From Octopus bimaculoides (lineage: Eukaryota), in the NCBI RefSeq assembly GCF_001194135.2, contig NC_068994.1, positions 43,328,945-43,392,944 of the forward strand: a DNA stretch of 64,000 nucleotides, in the 5' to 3' direction. The notes beneath the pieces were generated by a model that was not told the DNA's origin, made no database searches, and saw only the letters and a program-made list of their open reading frames with translations. Positions 61,413 through 64,000 of this stretch are shown in pieces; position 1 is the stretch's first letter; the number at the start of each line of letters is the position of its first letter. The position numbers and the translations under genes were made by a program.

Positions 61413-64000
61413 TTTATTTCTATATTCATACATTTCCAGGATTATACATTCTCAGTATTATGTATACAGTTTTAAAGATTTACAATTAATGACAGGAAAA
61501 ATACAACTGGCCTCCTTATGGGACACGAACCATATATATATATTACTTGCTAAGTTACCATACTATAAAATGCACTGCAAATTAATATTTCTGATGTATT
61601 GTATTATTTATATATATCTAATTAATACATGATTTGTTCATATTTGTGTGTTAATTTGTAGCCATAAATATTGAAAGGAGTGTGATATTTTGATAAACTA
61701 GACAGTTGAAAGATAACTTGTCTACTCAGGGCTGAGTGGCTGACAGATTTTCCATGAAACAGGTGAGATATCTGTAGAGACTAAAGTACTAGTTTATCCC
61801 ACTAGCATTTATAATAATTAAGTGACAGGTACTCAGTAGTGTAACTGCTAAGGCAGTTGCTCAGCAATTGATACATATGTCATCTGAGGCTGATCAAGCC
61901 AGGTCTGTTGTTTATTCACTGCTTCAAATTTGGACTTGTAAAGCCATATATGATTAATATTAAAATTGAAGAGAGCTGTATTTGTTAAACTAATTGAACA
62001 TATATGTGGGGGGGGGGGGTAAATAAAGAGAATTACAATGTCCTATTATATATTATATATACATATATATATATATANNNNNNNNNNNNNNNNNNNNNNN
62101 NNNNNNNNNNNNNNNNNNNNNNNNNNNNNNNNNNNNNNNNNNNNNNNNNNNNNNNNNNNNNNNNNNNNNNNNNNNNNNNNNNNNNNNNNNNNNNNNNNNN
62201 NNNNNNNNNNNNNNNNNNNNNNNNNNNNNNNNNNNNNNNNNNNNNNNNNNNNNNNNNNNNNNNNNNNNNNNNNNNNNNNNNNNNNNNNNNNNNNNNNNNN
62301 NNNNNNNNNNNNNNNNNNNNNNNNNNNNNNNNNNNNNNNNNNNNNNNNNNNNNNNNNNNNNNNNNNNNNNNNNNNNNNNNNNNNNNNNNNNNNNNNNNNN
62401 NNNNNNNNNNNNNNNNNNNNNNATATATATATATATATATATAAATCGATATATCGAATTTGAAGTCTCTGTCTCTTTTGAATATGAAAATTTAAAAGTT
62501 TAAAAATCTTATGATATATATATATATATATATATAATGTATACGTATTTATGTGTGTGTGTGTGTATATATATTTAGGAAAAGTATGTGTTTATATGTA
62601 ATTATACATGCAAATATTGCATACATATCTATATTGATACATATATAGCCATACACTAGTGTTTGCTTAAGCATCTGTATAGGTATATATATGTGTGTGT
62701 GTACAACTTTCAGTCTTCTCTCCAACATAGTGTCTTTGTGATCCTTTTGATGTAGTATAAAGCTTTTATCTCTGTTTATATACCAACAAAACTACTTAAT
62801 ATCAAATACATGTATGAAAGGCTTTCCGGATGCAGTGTAAAAAAAAGAAAAAATAGGAAAAAGGAGAGAAAAAATTATTAAATAAAGTAAATTTTGTTTT
62901 CTGCCACCAAAATATGCTAAATAAAGGAATCCATTGTTCTGTCATTTGTTTCGTCATGGTGAAAGCTTTCAGCGATCATTAATTTTTTTTCCTTTTTCTT
63001 TTTGTTATTTATTTGAGCATTCATTGAAATATCTGTGTCCCGTTTGGTTGCTATTCAAGCATATTGTCAGCAGTTTTGTGTAATAGCAAATTCAGTGTAC
63101 ATCACACTTACATTGAAGTTTTGTAGCCTTAATCATCTAAATTATTCAAGGAGACAGCTAGTTGACTTGAATAAAACATGGGAACAGAGAGCTGGAGAGT
63201 TTAAGCACAGCATGCAACTCCAACGTCAATGGGAGATATTAATTACGTGAATTGATTGAGGTATTTTTCACATATATGCCATGCAGCTTATATGTAAACG
63301 ATTCAGCAGCCATAACTGTGTCTATCACAATGCTGCTCAGATATGTAACAAAGAAAGCCAATGAAATCTCAATTTATAGCAGAGATTTTCATTTACGAAA
63401 ACCTCTAAAACACCTCCTGCTGAACATTAAATCTGTGAGAAATTATAAATTTCACTGAGACATCTTGGAAACTTTATTGCTGTGTCAGCTCTGATATTGA
63501 ATTTATGACAGAGAAAAGTAATATAATAAATATTATATCTCTTTTGACTCTTTCTTTAGAATTTTGTACTTTACTGTTTCACCAGTAATAATATTTACTC
63601 CTATAAGGTTAAAATTTTATGTTATATATCTGTTCTTTTTATTCTTTATATCACATTTGGTAAACAATAGTATTGTTGATGAAAGGTTTCCAGTGGACCT
63701 TACACTGGTTCATTGCATTTTTAAAAGAAAGAGTAAGAGATTTCTTGTGCAACTTGGGCAGAATAATAACCACACATATCATTTTTATTCAATAGAACTG
63801 TATTTTTTTGTTTGTATTTTTTGTTATCTAAATTACATTACGTCTTTTACAAAAGATATACATGCAAACATTCGGACACAAATGCGCACAGAAGCACATA
63901 CACATATAGACAAATGTACACAGACAAATATACACATACATGATGGGGTTGCACATAGTTTCTGGCAACTAGATTCCACTTCCTAGCAATCAAGGTTATG

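Larger units (their letters stand above)
1116..62422. other. 16 assembly gaps (N-runs): 1116-1132, 2454-2525, 4411-4693, 16022-16162, 19767-19890, 21073-21835, 22624-23219, 23949-24029, 26208-26217, 34541-34593, 49955-50239, 53611-53802, 55336-55384, 56001-56673, 59315-59554, 62078-62422
   Basis: N-runs read directly; most abut (TA)n, (TG)n, (TC)n or (GATA)n tracts, typical of short-read assemblies. Confidence 0.97.

Noticed and set aside
527-63986. Most ORF-track entries (YI, CV, HT, LS, poly-D/M repeats and long X-containing ORFs)
   Set aside because: Translations of microsatellites or read-through across N-gaps, not genes.

Overview
AT-rich eukaryotic (metazoan) non-coding DNA from a short-read assembly, with 16 N-gaps (about 3.9 kb), almost all next to microsatellites. 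The interspersed repeats resemble tRNA-derived SINE families I recall from Octopus, so this is probably a coleoid cephalopod (inference, not checked by search). The window holds four SINE-type families; fossil R4/Dong-like and RTE LINE fragments; a decayed mariner transposase; mariner-, piggyBac- and hAT-type MITEs; a solo LTR; a Penelope-like terminal repeat; and many micro- and minisatellites. There is no intact long CDS, tRNA, rRNA or CRISPR array, and nearly all ORF-track entries are microsatellite or N-gap artefacts. A few short plus-strand segments have good splice sites and an open frame and may be exons of an unidentified large-intron gene. I cannot demonstrate a new biological system. 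The best leads are an 83-bp locally templated insertion, an R4/Dong-like LINE inside a (TAA)n tract, closely spaced inverted SINE pairs (possible dsRNA/ADAR substrates), several nested insertions and the candidate exon chain.
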